Source: Octopus bimaculoides (Eukaryota). From it: 64,000 nucleotides of DNA. The first letter of the stretch is position 1. Each line of letters starts with the position of its first letter. The notes beneath the pieces were generated by a model. The model did no database searches. It had not been told where the DNA came from and worked only from the letters and a program-made list of their open reading frames with translations. Both the position numbers and the translations under genes were made by a program. The stretch spans positions 13,444,809 through 13,508,808 of the forward strand of contig NC_069003.1 of NCBI RefSeq assembly GCF_001194135.2, in the 5' to 3' direction. This document shows, in pieces, positions 24,986-36,900 of the stretch.

Positions 24986-26399
24986 TCTGCATATTCTTCA
25001 AGCCAAAACTAAAATATCGTTTCTTTGCTACAATGTGCAGAGTACAGTGACTTCTTCATCATCAGCAGGTGCAGTGTTTTTCTGCAGTCACTGCACGTGT
25101 TCTTTGTTTTCCTGTAAAACAAGATTTTATTTTTACCTCTCCCTCTTTGCACCTGTTAATTGGTACATCAACAGGTGTTCACAACGGTTGCTAATTGCGC
25201 ATTGCACTGCTAACATTGTTTATTGCATAACCTGCGCCGCCATTGCTATCTTACCCTTGCTAAAACTAGTGCAACTAGCATTCACAGTTCTCAGTTTCAT
25301 GCACTTCATCTTGCTGCACTGCGGCTTTTGTTTTGCTGTTGCACACTTCCACCATTACTTCCTCTTCCTCAACTCATGCAACAGGTGCGCAATCTTGTCA
25401 GTGACTGTTTACTGCACTTAGCTACTTTAAGTGTAATGCATCTTTCTACACTGTGAATATGCTGTGTAGTGCAGTGTGCATAACATGGGTAAGTTTGTGT
25501 TTGTGTGCATGTGTGTTTGCATGCACATGCGCATATACTTGTCTTACACATTCTGCACTTTGGTTATTGATAGGAAGGGCATCTGATTGTAAAATAATGC
25601 CTCAGTCATATAGTAGTTGTCTTGGTTATGCTACCATGGAGAAATGGAGAACACACATGAAAACATATGGATGAATATATGTACACACACACACATACAC
25701 ACCATCATCGTCATTGTGAAACTTTCCTTTTTCCATACTGGACTGGATTGGATCATTCAACATAAACTCATAAGCAAGAAGGCTACAATGAACTCCAGTG
25801 TCTGCTTTGGCATAATTTCTACAGCTGCTGGATGCCTTTCCTAATGGCAACCACCTCACAGAGTATACAGGGTGATTTGTAAGATCATCAAGTATTTGTA
25901 AGACAAGCCTCCCTCCCTCAGCTGAGTGGGGGTATAGTATTGAGAGAGAGGTGATACTTAAGCAATATATTAAGCAATATATTATTCATCACTTAAAAAG
26001 TGAATGTTGCATTAGAACATACAAATACTGCGATATTTACCAAGAGAGAAAAGACTCTCATATGGTTTTACAGTATGTAAAAGCACATCATAGCTATTGC
26101 CAGTGGCAGACAATCACCATTATTTCTACTGCTAGGCCTATCATGTCATGTGATTTCAGCTTCTTTTGGCCTTGTCAGTGGTAGATACCAAGCAGCTGGA
26201 AATAGCAGTAACTGCTTCCTGCACTAGTGATATACATAGAAATACAAGGCCCTATCAGGTGCTGATGTTGCTAAGAGCCAGTGGGCCTATTTAAAAATAA
26301 ACAGGGTGACAGAAGTAATATTAATACCAAAAGATAAAATATTCACCACTTGAAAGTGGATGTTGGGTTACAACACACAAATATCACAATATTTACCAT

Positions 26400-26812
26400 A
26401 GGCACAGGAGTGGCTGTGTGGTAAGTAGCTTGCTTACCAACCACATGGTTCCAGGTTCAGTCCCACTGCGTGGCATCTTGGGCAAGTGTCTTCTACTATA
26501 GCCTTGGGCCGACCAAAGCCTTATGAGTGGATTTGGTAGACGGAAACTGAAAGAAGCCTGTCGTATATATATATATATATATATATATATGTGCATGTGT
26601 GTGTATATGTTTGTGTCTGTGTTTGTCCCCCCCAACATTGCTTGACAACCGATGCTGGTGTGTTTACGTCCCCGTAACTTAGCGGTTCAGCAAAAGGGAC
26701 CGATAGAATAAGTACTAGGCTTACAAAGAATAAGTCCTGGGGTCAATTTACTCCACTAAGGTGGTGCTTCAGCATGGCCGCAGTCAAATTACTAAAACAA
26801 GTAAAAGAGTAA
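26400..26812 (+). mobile_element. SINE family A, full-length copy inserted into a ~357-bp repeat unit
   Basis: A-box-like TGGCTGTGTGG and B-box-like GGTTCAGTCCC; interrupts the second unit of a tandem repeat. Confidence 0.88.
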
Positions 26813-27224
26813 GAGAGAAAAGCTCTTGCATGGTTTTACAGTGCATAAAATCACATCATAGCTATCACTACTTCAACTGCCAAGCCTACCATATCGTGAT
26901 TTCAGCCTGTTTTTGTCTTGCCAATGGTAGATGCCTCTGTTCTAATGCAAATGCAAACAAAAAGTGGTGAATATTTTACCTTTTGGTACTAACACTGCAT
27001 CTGTTACTCTGTTTATTTTTTAATATGTATATTATTTTAGATGCAGTTGTGAAATGGATAACAGAAAAAAAATTACATTAAATAGTTATCACCTGTATAT
27101 TAGTATAAATGTTACAAGTTTATTAATAACTGTGCTGTGCAAGAGACCAGTAAACTAGTCTGGGGTCTGTGGGAATTTGAAATTCCTGCTTATAAATTAA
27201 TGTGGATTATGAGAAGTTCTAGAC

Positions 27225-27340
27225 CTGAGGTTCTCAACCATTTTTTTTTATTGGTTGACCCCTTTCATTACTATTTTATTCTTGTGAACCTCCACAGCCA
27301 TTCAATGTTTAACACAATTTCATAGATTCTTCTTTCAAAA
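27225..27340. mobile_element. Truncated hAT MITE fragment
   Basis: ttctagac followed by a degenerate TIR CTGAGGTTCTCAACC; aligns by eye to one end of the 12006 and 43694 copies. Confidence 0.6.
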
Positions 27341-28821
27341 TTCCGATTTCATTTTCTCTCACATTAACTTATGCAGGTTGAATTGTGTAACATCTGTCTA
27401 CTGTTTTAGGCCATCAGTGTCCTGAAAGTCTGGTCAGTGTAGTTTGTACCTGTAGTGTAGGTCAGTTTAGTAGTAGTTGCCATAGCAATGTTGATGTTAT
27501 TAGCCATTTCTGCTGCTGTTGTTTTTGTTTTTACTATGAATGGATTGACATGGCTCGCTTCCCTCCCCCACTCCCTCTCCTTCTCACTCAAGAAATATGA
27601 ATGTCACTTAGTCTTTTTCTGTCTGTGTGTCTGTCTGTCTGTCTGTCTCTCATCACCTGATTCTGAAGATATATTTGGTATTTTTATCACTGTACTTACT
27701 ACCATTTTCTCCTCCTCCTCCACCACCACCACCACCACCCCAATATAAAACAATTTAAAACAAACATGATAAAGAGTGATAGTAAACAGTAGTAGTAGTA
27801 GTAGTAGTAGTTGTTGTTGTGATAATTTTTTTCTACTAAAGGCACAAGGCCTGAAATTTTGGGACAAAGGGTGCTAGTTGATTACATTGAATGTGCTTAT
27901 CTGGTATTCATTTTATCATTTCCCCAAAAGGATGGAAGACAAAGTTGACTTCAGCGGAATTTGAACTCAGAACATCAAAACCAGAAGAAATGCCACTGAG
28001 CATTTTGTTTGGCATGCTAACACAGTTCTGCTTAGTTTGTCACCTTTGAAGTAGTTTTAAGTAGAATTTATAAAATAGACAACAAATGCCATGAATTTGG
28101 GAATGGGGCGTTGACCCTAGCATTTTGCTGCTACTTTATTTCATTTTATTGAGAACATTTTTTTTTATAAAGAAATTTAGAAGCAGCGAATGAATTGATG
28201 TGTTAGAGAAAATATAGGAAATCTCAAATGCAGAATAGCTGTAAAAACAACTTAGAAGATTAGATAAATACCCTTAGAAGATGGGGGGGAAAGTGGCCAA
28301 CAAGATACTACAGAGAACTGAAACCTGTAACTGCTCAAATTCTGGCTGACAAGAGAAGGATGAAAGTTGAGCTTGGTGAGATTTGGACACAGAACATAAG
28401 GGGCCATAATTAAATATAAATATCACAAGTTTTCCTCTCATTCAAACAATTCTGCCATTCCACAGATTTTTGATGACAAAAGCAACAACAGCTTTGCATT
28501 CTCAGTTGAAATGCCACTGAGTTCAACTTTGCCTTCCATCCTTTCGGTGTGTCAATAAAATAAATACCAGTCAAGTAACGGAATTGATGAAATTGACTTA
28601 TTCCCTCTCCACAAAATTTCAGGCCTTGTGCCTATAATAGGAGCTGACAAAATCTTTAGCACTTCTTCCGTCTTTACATTTCGTGTTCAAATCCTGCCTA
28701 TGTTGTCCTTGCCTTTCATTCTTTGATGGTTGATAAAATAAGTACCAGTTGAACTCTGGGCTCAATGTAATCAACTAATTGCTCATTTAAAATTACTGAC
28801 CTTGTTTCAAAATCAGGAAGG

Positions 28822-28824
<3 letters not shown>

Positions 28825-28875
<51 letters not shown>

Positions 28876-29420
28876 GAGAGAGCAGTGCATGGCATCAAAG
28901 TGACACTGGAGTAAAATATACGAAGCCCATTATACCCATCATGACTCCCCGTCTGATAAGGGTACACCAGGCACATGCATCACAACCATATGTGCGCGAC
29001 AAGGTGATCTCATATCAAGATAAACAGCGCATGTCCTCGCAAGTGGGGCCCAGTTAGAATTTTCTTCAGGTCGAGTAGCCCATCCCGCTCAAAAGGTCCT
29101 TGAATAAGGTTTGTTTAAGAATGTTGAGCAAAACACCTATGTTTCCAAAGGTGAATTATCCAAACCCCAAAAATTCCTCTCAACACATGACTATGATGCT
29201 CCCCAACTACTTCTGCTCATGATCAGAGATGCACATATTGTCAGCCACCAAGGGATATGCTCAACTGGTTACGGTCAAACAACTGACAAGCAAATCTGTG
29301 GTATTGAGCAGAATATTTGCTGTAGCCCATCTTTTTATACCAAGACAAAACAATGTACATGACAACACTTCCAATCAGTTAAGATCAGAAGCCATGATAG
29401 CCACTGCCAGGTATTGTATC
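28825..29420 (-). mobile_element. Putative retroposon 3' fragment with long (TAA)n tail
   Basis: ~550 bp of complex non-coding sequence abutting a long (ATT)n tract; family not identified from the sequence alone. Confidence 0.4.
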
Positions 29421-30754
29421 AGCATTGTTGTTGTTGTCATTGTTGTCAGCGGCATTGTTGAAGGCAGAATTGTTAGCACGTTAAACGAAATGCTTAGCAG
29501 TATTTTACCTCTTGCTATGTACTGAGTTCAAATTCCGCCAAGATCGACTTTACCTTCCATCCTTTTGGGGTCGTAAATTAAGTACCAGTGAAACACTGGG
29601 GCTGATGTAACCAACATCCCACACCCCAAAAATGGCTACCCTTGTGGCAAAATTTGAAACCATTATTATTATCATTATTACTATTATTATTATTATTATT
29701 ATTATACATGCTATATTATTTGGCAGCAATGTCCTCTCGAAGTTAGGTGACAGCAAGTCTCCTCAAATCTCAAAAATCTTTCTTAAGATTTTTGCAGAAT
29801 ATAGAATGGTACTTTTCTGCTGGTTGACAATACAAGACTCGATTCCAAATATCTTTCAGTCTTTTAGGTAGCATTTTGAGTGTTGTGTCCAATTAATTAC
29901 CACAGGAATAATTATTGTCTTAGTCTTGAACAATCTCTTCACTTATCTGGTTAGGTCCTGAAATTTCTCAATTCTTGTTTTTTTTTAAATTTCCTAATAA
30001 CCTCCACTAAACAGACCAAATAGCTATGGTGATTGTGTTGATAAATACTATCCCCTGGATTATTCCAAAGTTTAACAAAGTTTGTCTTTGTCACAAAGAG
30101 AAGTGTTCCCAAAGTTTGTAATTCACCCATTTTCAAGAGCTTCAGTTCCCCACTACCATCATAATTTAGGCCAATTAGCTTATTGTGTATCAAAAGCAAG
30201 CTGTTTGTATTTATTATTAACGAGGACATCATTAACCACTTAAATAAGACCAGTTTTCTTAAGTGACAAGTAATATGGTTTCCATCCTCTGAGGAGAGGT
30301 GGGGATGTCCACAGTTGACACACACTTGTCCTTCATAGAAGTGGTACACTGAATAGCAGCCTTGTTGTGGTTGCTGTACATGTTATTGCTTTAATCTGTA
30401 GTGCATGGGGAACTAAGTATTACTCAGTTCTTTGTTGGTTCTGTGCATGCTTTGAGACACAAGAACTGGTTTAAATGCTAAAGGGTTAAAGCACGAAAAG
30501 CAAAATCAACCACAGCAAAACACAATGTTGCTAAACATTTTGTCCAGCATGCTAAGGAGTCTGTTAGTTCGCTGCCTTTGTTTGCAATTTTTGGTACAAG
30601 GTCAGTGATTTTAAAGGGAAGGGGCAATCAATTACACCAACCCAGATACTTGGCTGGTGCTTTATTTTACCGACTCCACCAAATGGATGGAAGGCAAAGT
30701 TGGTCTCAGTGGTATTTCATCTTGCAACATAAGATCCAGAAGAAATGTCACTAG

Positions 30755-30913
30755 GTGCAGGAGTGGCTGTGTGGTAAGAGGCTTGCTTCCCAACCACATG
30801 GATCCAAGTTCAGTCCCACTGCATGGCACCTTGGGCAAGTATTTTCTGCTATAGCCTTGGGCCAACCAAAGTCTTTGGTAGACAGAAACTGAGAGAAGCT
30901 TGTTGTGTGTGCG

Positions 30914-30945
<32 letters not shown>

Positions 30946-31180
30946 TACACACACACACATATTTATGTGTGTATCTTTGTTGATGTAATTATCCCCCCCA
31001 CCATCGCTTGACAATTGATGTTGGTGTGTTTACGTCCCTGTAACTTAGCAGTTCAGCAAAAGACACCGATAGAATAAGTACTAGGCTTACAAAGAATAAG
31101 TCCTGAGGTTGATTTGTTTGACTAAATGTGGTGCTCCAGCATGGCTGCAGTCAAATGACTGAAACGTGTAAAAGAGTAAG
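30755..31180 (+). mobile_element. SINE family A copy
   Basis: Same head, body and tail as the other copies. Confidence 0.85.
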
Positions 31181-32971
31181 ACTTTCAAATATTTATCAGC
31201 AACAGAGGCAATATTAATACTGGGAGGTAATATTTATCCCTACTTAAATGTGGAGGTTCTGTTAAAAGAAACTAAACTATACTGTGGCAGACACCATATT
31301 GGTTTTTGCTGCAAAATGCTTGCTTCTTTATATTGCTAGCGCTGGAGATAAATCTCCATCGTTTTCAGCACTGAGACCACCAGATCATGTGATTTCAACC
31401 ATCCCTGGTCTCTTCAATGATGGACGCTCAACCACTAGAGATAGCAGTAATTGATCCCCACCCCACCCCACCAGCGATATATAGAAAAGCAGTGCCAGAA
31501 CAGGCCCTGGTGTCATGATTAGCCAATGAGCTTGTTAAAAAATATTTATTAGTGACAGAAGCAGTATTAATATCAACAGGTAATATTNNNNNNNNNNNNN
31601 NNNNNNNNNNNNNNNNNNNNNNNNNNNNNNNNNNNNNNNNNNNNNNNNNNNNNNNNNNNNNNNNNNNNNNNNNNNNNNNNNNNNNNNNNNNNNNNNNNNN
31701 NNNTAAACGTGGATGTTCTGTTGGGAATATCCTAAATTTCCGGCTTTGTGCCTATAGTAGAAAGAATTATTATTATTATTATTAACGTGGTGAGCTGGCA
31801 GAATCATTAGCACGCCGAGCAAAATGCTTAGTGGCATTTCACCCATCTTTGTGTTCTGAGTTCAAATTCCTCCAAGGTCAACTTTGCCTGTCATCCTTTC
31901 AGGGTCTATAGAGTATCATTGGAGTACTCGGGGTCAATGTAATTGACTAATCCCCTACCCCCTGATTGCAGGCCTTGTGCCTTTAGTAGAAAGGGTTATT
32001 ATTATTATTATTGTTGGTGTTGCTGTTGTTGTTGTTGTTAGGAGGAGGAGGAGGAGGGTGGTAGTGGCAGATTAATGAATTTTATTGCAAAGTAACAGAT
32101 TTATAGGGGATGAGGTGGGGCAGCAACTATATTAAACTCCTCCAGAAGGCTGACCTCGGTGAGCACTCAGGTCAGTTTTATCATTTCTAAATGGCGGTGG
32201 TGGTGGCGGTGGCAGCGGTGGTGGTGAAGAGGTTATATAAATAAATTTCTAAAATAATAATAACTTTGATAAACAGCTGAAATAAACAACTGTAATCAAA
32301 TTCCTGGGAAAAAAGACAAAACAACTTTGACGAAATTATAAGGTGATATATAACAAACCAATGAAATTTAACTCCCCATCCTCACCATCATCATCATCAT
32401 CATCATCACAAGAAAAATCACTTCACTCACACCAATACCATTGCCCTCGTTAACATCAACGTTTTGCTTACAAATAATGCATGCTATCACTGGTGCCAAT
32501 ACCATCGCTGCCGCCACCACCAACACCCCTCATCACCATCATCATCATCATTGCTAACATCAAGCCCTATCCTTATATATCCTGTTGCTGTTATCAGTTG
32601 TCTGCTGTGTTGGGGCCTTCATTAAGTGTTTGAAGTCTCCCCTTTGTTCAGTTTGTCCAATCACATCACGTGGCAATGAGAAGACACACTGACAGCCTGG
32701 TGTCTCTTCCATTATCAAATCTCTTTGTCCTTTGGACTGAATTGTATGTTGTCTGTGAAATGCTTTGAGGGATGAAAATATTTTAATCCTCTCCTTCAAC
32801 CACCTCTGCCTCCTGCCCTCTCTCTTTATAGCTTATGTGTATATGTATATTCAGGTATATATGTGTATGTATTGTATAGATATGTTTGTATATGTTATGT
32901 TTATTTGTGTGTGTGTATATATATATATATATATACATATACATACATACACATATAATATAAATAATATA

Positions 32972-33026
<55 letters not shown>

Positions 33027-33029
33027 ATG

Positions 33030-33425
33030 CATATCATCATCATTATCATCATTTAACGTCCGCTTTCCATGCTAGCATGTGTTGGATGATTTTACTGGGG
33101 ACTAGCGAAGCGGATGGCAACACCAGCCTCCAATCTGATCTGGCAGAGTTTCTACAGCTGGATGCTCTTCCTAACGCCAACCACTCTGAGAGTGTAGTGG
33201 GTGCTGTTTACGTGCCATCGGCACAAGGGCCAGTCCGGCGGTACTGGCAACAGCCACGCTCAAATGGTGTTTTTTATGTGCCACCTGCACAGGAGTCAGC
33301 CAATGTTTTTTTCACATGCCACCGGCACAAGTGCCAGTAAGGCAAAGCTGGAAACGATCGCACTCAAATGGTGCTTTTTACATGCCACCAGTACAGGAGC
33401 GAGACCGCTGCTCTGGCAGTGATCC
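33030..33425 (-). mobile_element. RTE-type 3' UTR repeat; other copies ~1196-1335, 13477-13685, 23200-23380, 38440-38580, 60880-61215, 61700-62000 (+)
   Basis: Shared TAGGAAGGGCATCCAGCTGTAGAAAC...GCATGGAAAGCGGACGTTAAATGATGAT segment. Confidence 0.8.
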
Positions 33426-33452
33426 CACTCGGATGGTGCATGCATATGCATA

Positions 33453-33739
33453 TGCATATATGGGTACAGGACGTCACAAACAGTAAACAACATGAAATAC
33501 TAAAACAAATCAGTTGAATACACAAACAATGAAAGGAAAACAGGACAAGTAACATAAAGACTGACCCTTCATCAGTTGTCGGCTGCCTGGAGTAGATAGA
33601 CAGCCGACAACTGATGAAGGGTCGTTCTTTATGTTACTTGTCCTGTTTTCCATTTGTTTCTCTCGTTGTTTGTGTATTCATCTCATTTGTTTTCGTATTT
33701 CATGTTGTTTACTGTTTGTGACATCCTGTACCCATATAT

Positions 33740-33742
<3 letters not shown>
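33453..33742. repeat. Long fold-back (inverted repeat): ~135-140-nt arms, 15-nt loop
   Basis: 33453-33585 is the near reverse complement of 33601-33742; innermost 23 bp perfect. Confidence 0.95.
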
Positions 33743-33783
<41 letters not shown>

Positions 33784-33814
33784 CGCCACGCATCCATTTC
33801 CAAGTAAGTTTATC

Positions 33815-34330
33815 TAGGTGCAGGAGTGACTGTGTGGTAAGTAGCTTGCTTACCAACCCACATGATTCCGGGTTCAGTCCCACTGCGTGGCACCTTGGGC
33901 AAGTGTCTTCTACTATAGCCTTGGGTCAACCAAAGCCTTGTGAGTAGATTTGGTAGACGGAAACTGAAAGAAGCCTGTCTTATATATGTGTTTGTGTTTG
34001 TGTTTGCCCCCCCCCCCCCNNNNNNNNNNNNNNNNNNNNNNNNNNNNNNNNNNNNNNNNNNNNNNNNNNNNNNNNNNNNNNNNNNNNNNNNNNNNNNNNN
34101 NNNNNNNNNNNNNNNNNNNNNNNNNNNNNNNNNNNNNNNNNNNNNNNNNNATCACTTGACAACCGATGCTGGTGTGTTTATGTCTCCATAACTTAGCAGT
34201 TTGGCAAAAGGGACTATAGAATAAGTACTAGGCTTACAAAGAATAAATCCTGGGGTTGATTTGCTCGACTAAAGGTAGTGCTCCAGCATGGCTGCAGTCA
34301 AATTACTGAAACAAGTAAAAGAATAAAAGA
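33815..34330 (+). mobile_element. SINE family A copy with internal gap
   Basis: Same head, body and tail; N-gap 34020-34150 in the central tract. Confidence 0.85.
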
Positions 34331-34349
34331 ATAAATATATATATACACA

Positions 34350-34564
34350 CAAGGGGTTGCTGAAAAGTCCCTGACTTTGGGTAAAAGAAAATACAGGAAG
34401 ATTAGCTAATTATGATTTTCAACATATTCCCTTCTGAGATTCACACACTTACTACAGCAGTCCTTCAGTTTTTTCTAAGCACTGTAAAAGAACTTGGAAG
34501 ATTGGGCCTCCAGCCAGACCTTTTGTGATACCATTAAAACTAGGAACTTTTCAGCACCCCCTTA
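34350..34564. mobile_element. Second copy of the same mariner-type MITE, opposite orientation
   Basis: TIRs AGGGGTTGCTGAAAAGTCCCT / AGGAACTTTTCAGCACCCCCT; interior is the reverse complement of 54061-54278 by eye. Confidence 0.85.
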
Positions 34565-35202
34565 TATACACGTGTGTGTGTGTGTGTGTATGCACGTGTG
34601 TGTGTACGCACACTTTGTGTTCTGTTTTCTGTTTGCACTACGAAACATACATGCATGCATGCATAACACACACACACACACACACATACACACCTCTACC
34701 TCTATTGTCTCTAACACATTCTGAAGATATATTCATTCTGGGTAGGTTGCCGTGTTAGGGTTGGGAGGAGGCCTGATGCATTTTGCAAGCTTTGTGATGT
34801 GGGATTATGCAATGAGGGTGGATGGATGGATGGGAGGGGGGCATGTTTGAAGTGTGCATATTAATTAATTAATTGCACAGATACCTGATGTTAATTACTG
34901 CAGCAATACAGAGGTAAAGAATGGAAGCAACTGCTATGGAGGCACTGGCAATGTCGTTCTTGTTACTGTTTAACCCTGAGTCAGCCCTAGTCAAGCATAT
35001 ATACATACATATAAACTTAATGTACAATATATGGATCTATATAACCCAGTGGTAATCACAAGAAAGCTCCTCTAGTGGACCTGGCTACATGCCACATAGT
35101 AAACTAATGCATAGGGTTGTAATATAGTGTCCTATGCAGTTGAAATCCTGTAAATTCAGTCAGTAATGATTATTTCATGAGAAGTATATAGAATATATAT
35201 AT

Positions 35203-35294
35203 AGAAAATCAGGAGGTATGAGATGAATATATTTATTTCTTACACGTATCAACTGGTGAAATAAATCTATTTATCTCATACCTCCTGACTTTCT
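35203..35294. repeat. Fold-back: 37-nt arms, 18-nt loop
   Basis: 34/37 reverse-complement match. Confidence 0.92.
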
Positions 35295-35732
35295 TTATAT
35301 TCTACCTACATATATATATGTAATATATATACACACACATCTATGAATATATGTATATTATATATATATGTGTGTGTGTGGGTATAATATGATGGACCTT
35401 CCTGTCAAAGACAACATATGGGTATTCAGCTTTTTTGCCAAATGACCAGCACAAATGATTTGTTTATAGAGATCAAATGTATCTGCTGCAGCATGAGCTC
35501 ACTCCCTCCATCAAATCAACATTGCCTGTGCAGATGCACAATGTACCACACATCAGGTGTCGAAGTGAATGCAGAACCACCCTAACCACTAGGCCATGCA
35601 ATCTCATAAAATATCTGTATGTATTAGATGTATTAGATGTGTGTGTGCAGTAGAAAACTTCTCACATTTTACATGACCAAAAATGTTGGTCTGAGAACTT
35701 TCTTTGCTGCATCCTGTATGTATGTGTGTGTG

Positions 35733-35771
<39 letters not shown>

Positions 35772-36296
35772 NNNNNNNNNNNNNNNNNNNNNNNNNNNNN
35801 NNNNNNNNNNNNNNNNNNNNNNNNNNNNNNNNNNNNNNNNNNNNNNNNNNNNNNNNNNNNNNNNNNNNNNNNNNNNNNNNNNNNNNNNNNNNNNNNNNNN
35901 NNNNNNNNNNNNNNNNNNNNNNNNNNNNNNNNNNNNNNNNNNNNNNNNNNNNNNNNNNNNNNNNNNNNNNNNNNNNNNNNNNNNNNNNNNNNNNNNNNNN
36001 NNNNNNNNNNNNNNNNNNNNNNNNNNNNNNNNNNNNNNNNNNNNNNNNNNNNNNNNNNNNNNNNNNNNNNNNNNNNNNNNNNNNNNNNNNNNNNNNNATA
36101 GAAGCAATGAGAAGAGATGCAGGTGAGGTGAGTGTGTTGTGGTAGCGAGACTGGGCGAAGTTTCAAATCGCATCAAGAGTAGAGTCAGTTCACCAGGGCG
36201 TCAAAATTTTGTTAATACAGTATGTGTGTGTGAGAGAGAGAGAGAGAATGTGTTGAGTGAGAAAAAGAGTGTGTGTGTGTGTGAGAGAGAGAGAGA

Positions 36297-36328
<32 letters not shown>

Positions 36329-36539
36329 CTGTGTGTTTGTGAAAGAGTGGGGCGGAGACAGTGTGTGAGTGTAGTATTTTTGTCTTGAAAGAAGAGCTAC
36401 TTATTTCTGTGTTCTTTATACATACATATAAATTGTTTCAGTCATTTGACTGCGGCCATGATGGAGCACCACCTTCAAGGGTTTTAGTCAAACAAATTGA
36501 CCCCAGCATGGACGCAGTGTAATAAGTAGAACAAGTAGA

Positions 36540-36546
36540 AGTTTAC

Positions 36547-36577
<31 letters not shown>

Positions 36578-36607
36578 CATACATACACATATATATACAC
36601 ACACATA

Positions 36608-36645
<38 letters not shown>

Positions 36646-36658
36646 CATATATACGTAC

Positions 36659-36708
<50 letters not shown>

Positions 36709-36900
36709 ACATATACATACATATATACACATATATGCATATAAATATATATATACATATATATACATACATATATAAATATATATATACATACATACAT
36801 ATAAATACATATACATATATATACATATATATATACATATACACATATACACATATATACTTATATATACACACACATATACACACATATCTATATATAT
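36540..36900. repeat. Compound (TA)n/(TACA)n microsatellite, representative of many such tracts (also 1-100, 2960-3150, 8390-8540, 63280-63780)
   Basis: Direct inspection; these tracts explain most YIYI/SLSL/HTHT ORFs in the ORF track. Confidence 0.95.

Noticed and set aside
24544-25050. 168-aa Pro/Thr-rich ORF inside the CHERP intron
   Set aside because: It is a (CCA)-derived low-complexity repeat open in several frames, with no splice sites matching the phase-2 intron.
29951-30349. 132-aa minus-strand ORF in non-repetitive-looking intron sequence
   Set aside because: No recognisable motif; roughly one ORF of this length is expected by chance in 64 kb over six frames. A BLAST search would settle it.
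33606-33630. CTGATGA in the arm of the long fold-back as a ribozyme or snoRNA C box
   Set aside because: No GAAA or stem II follows, and no D box at a suitable distance.
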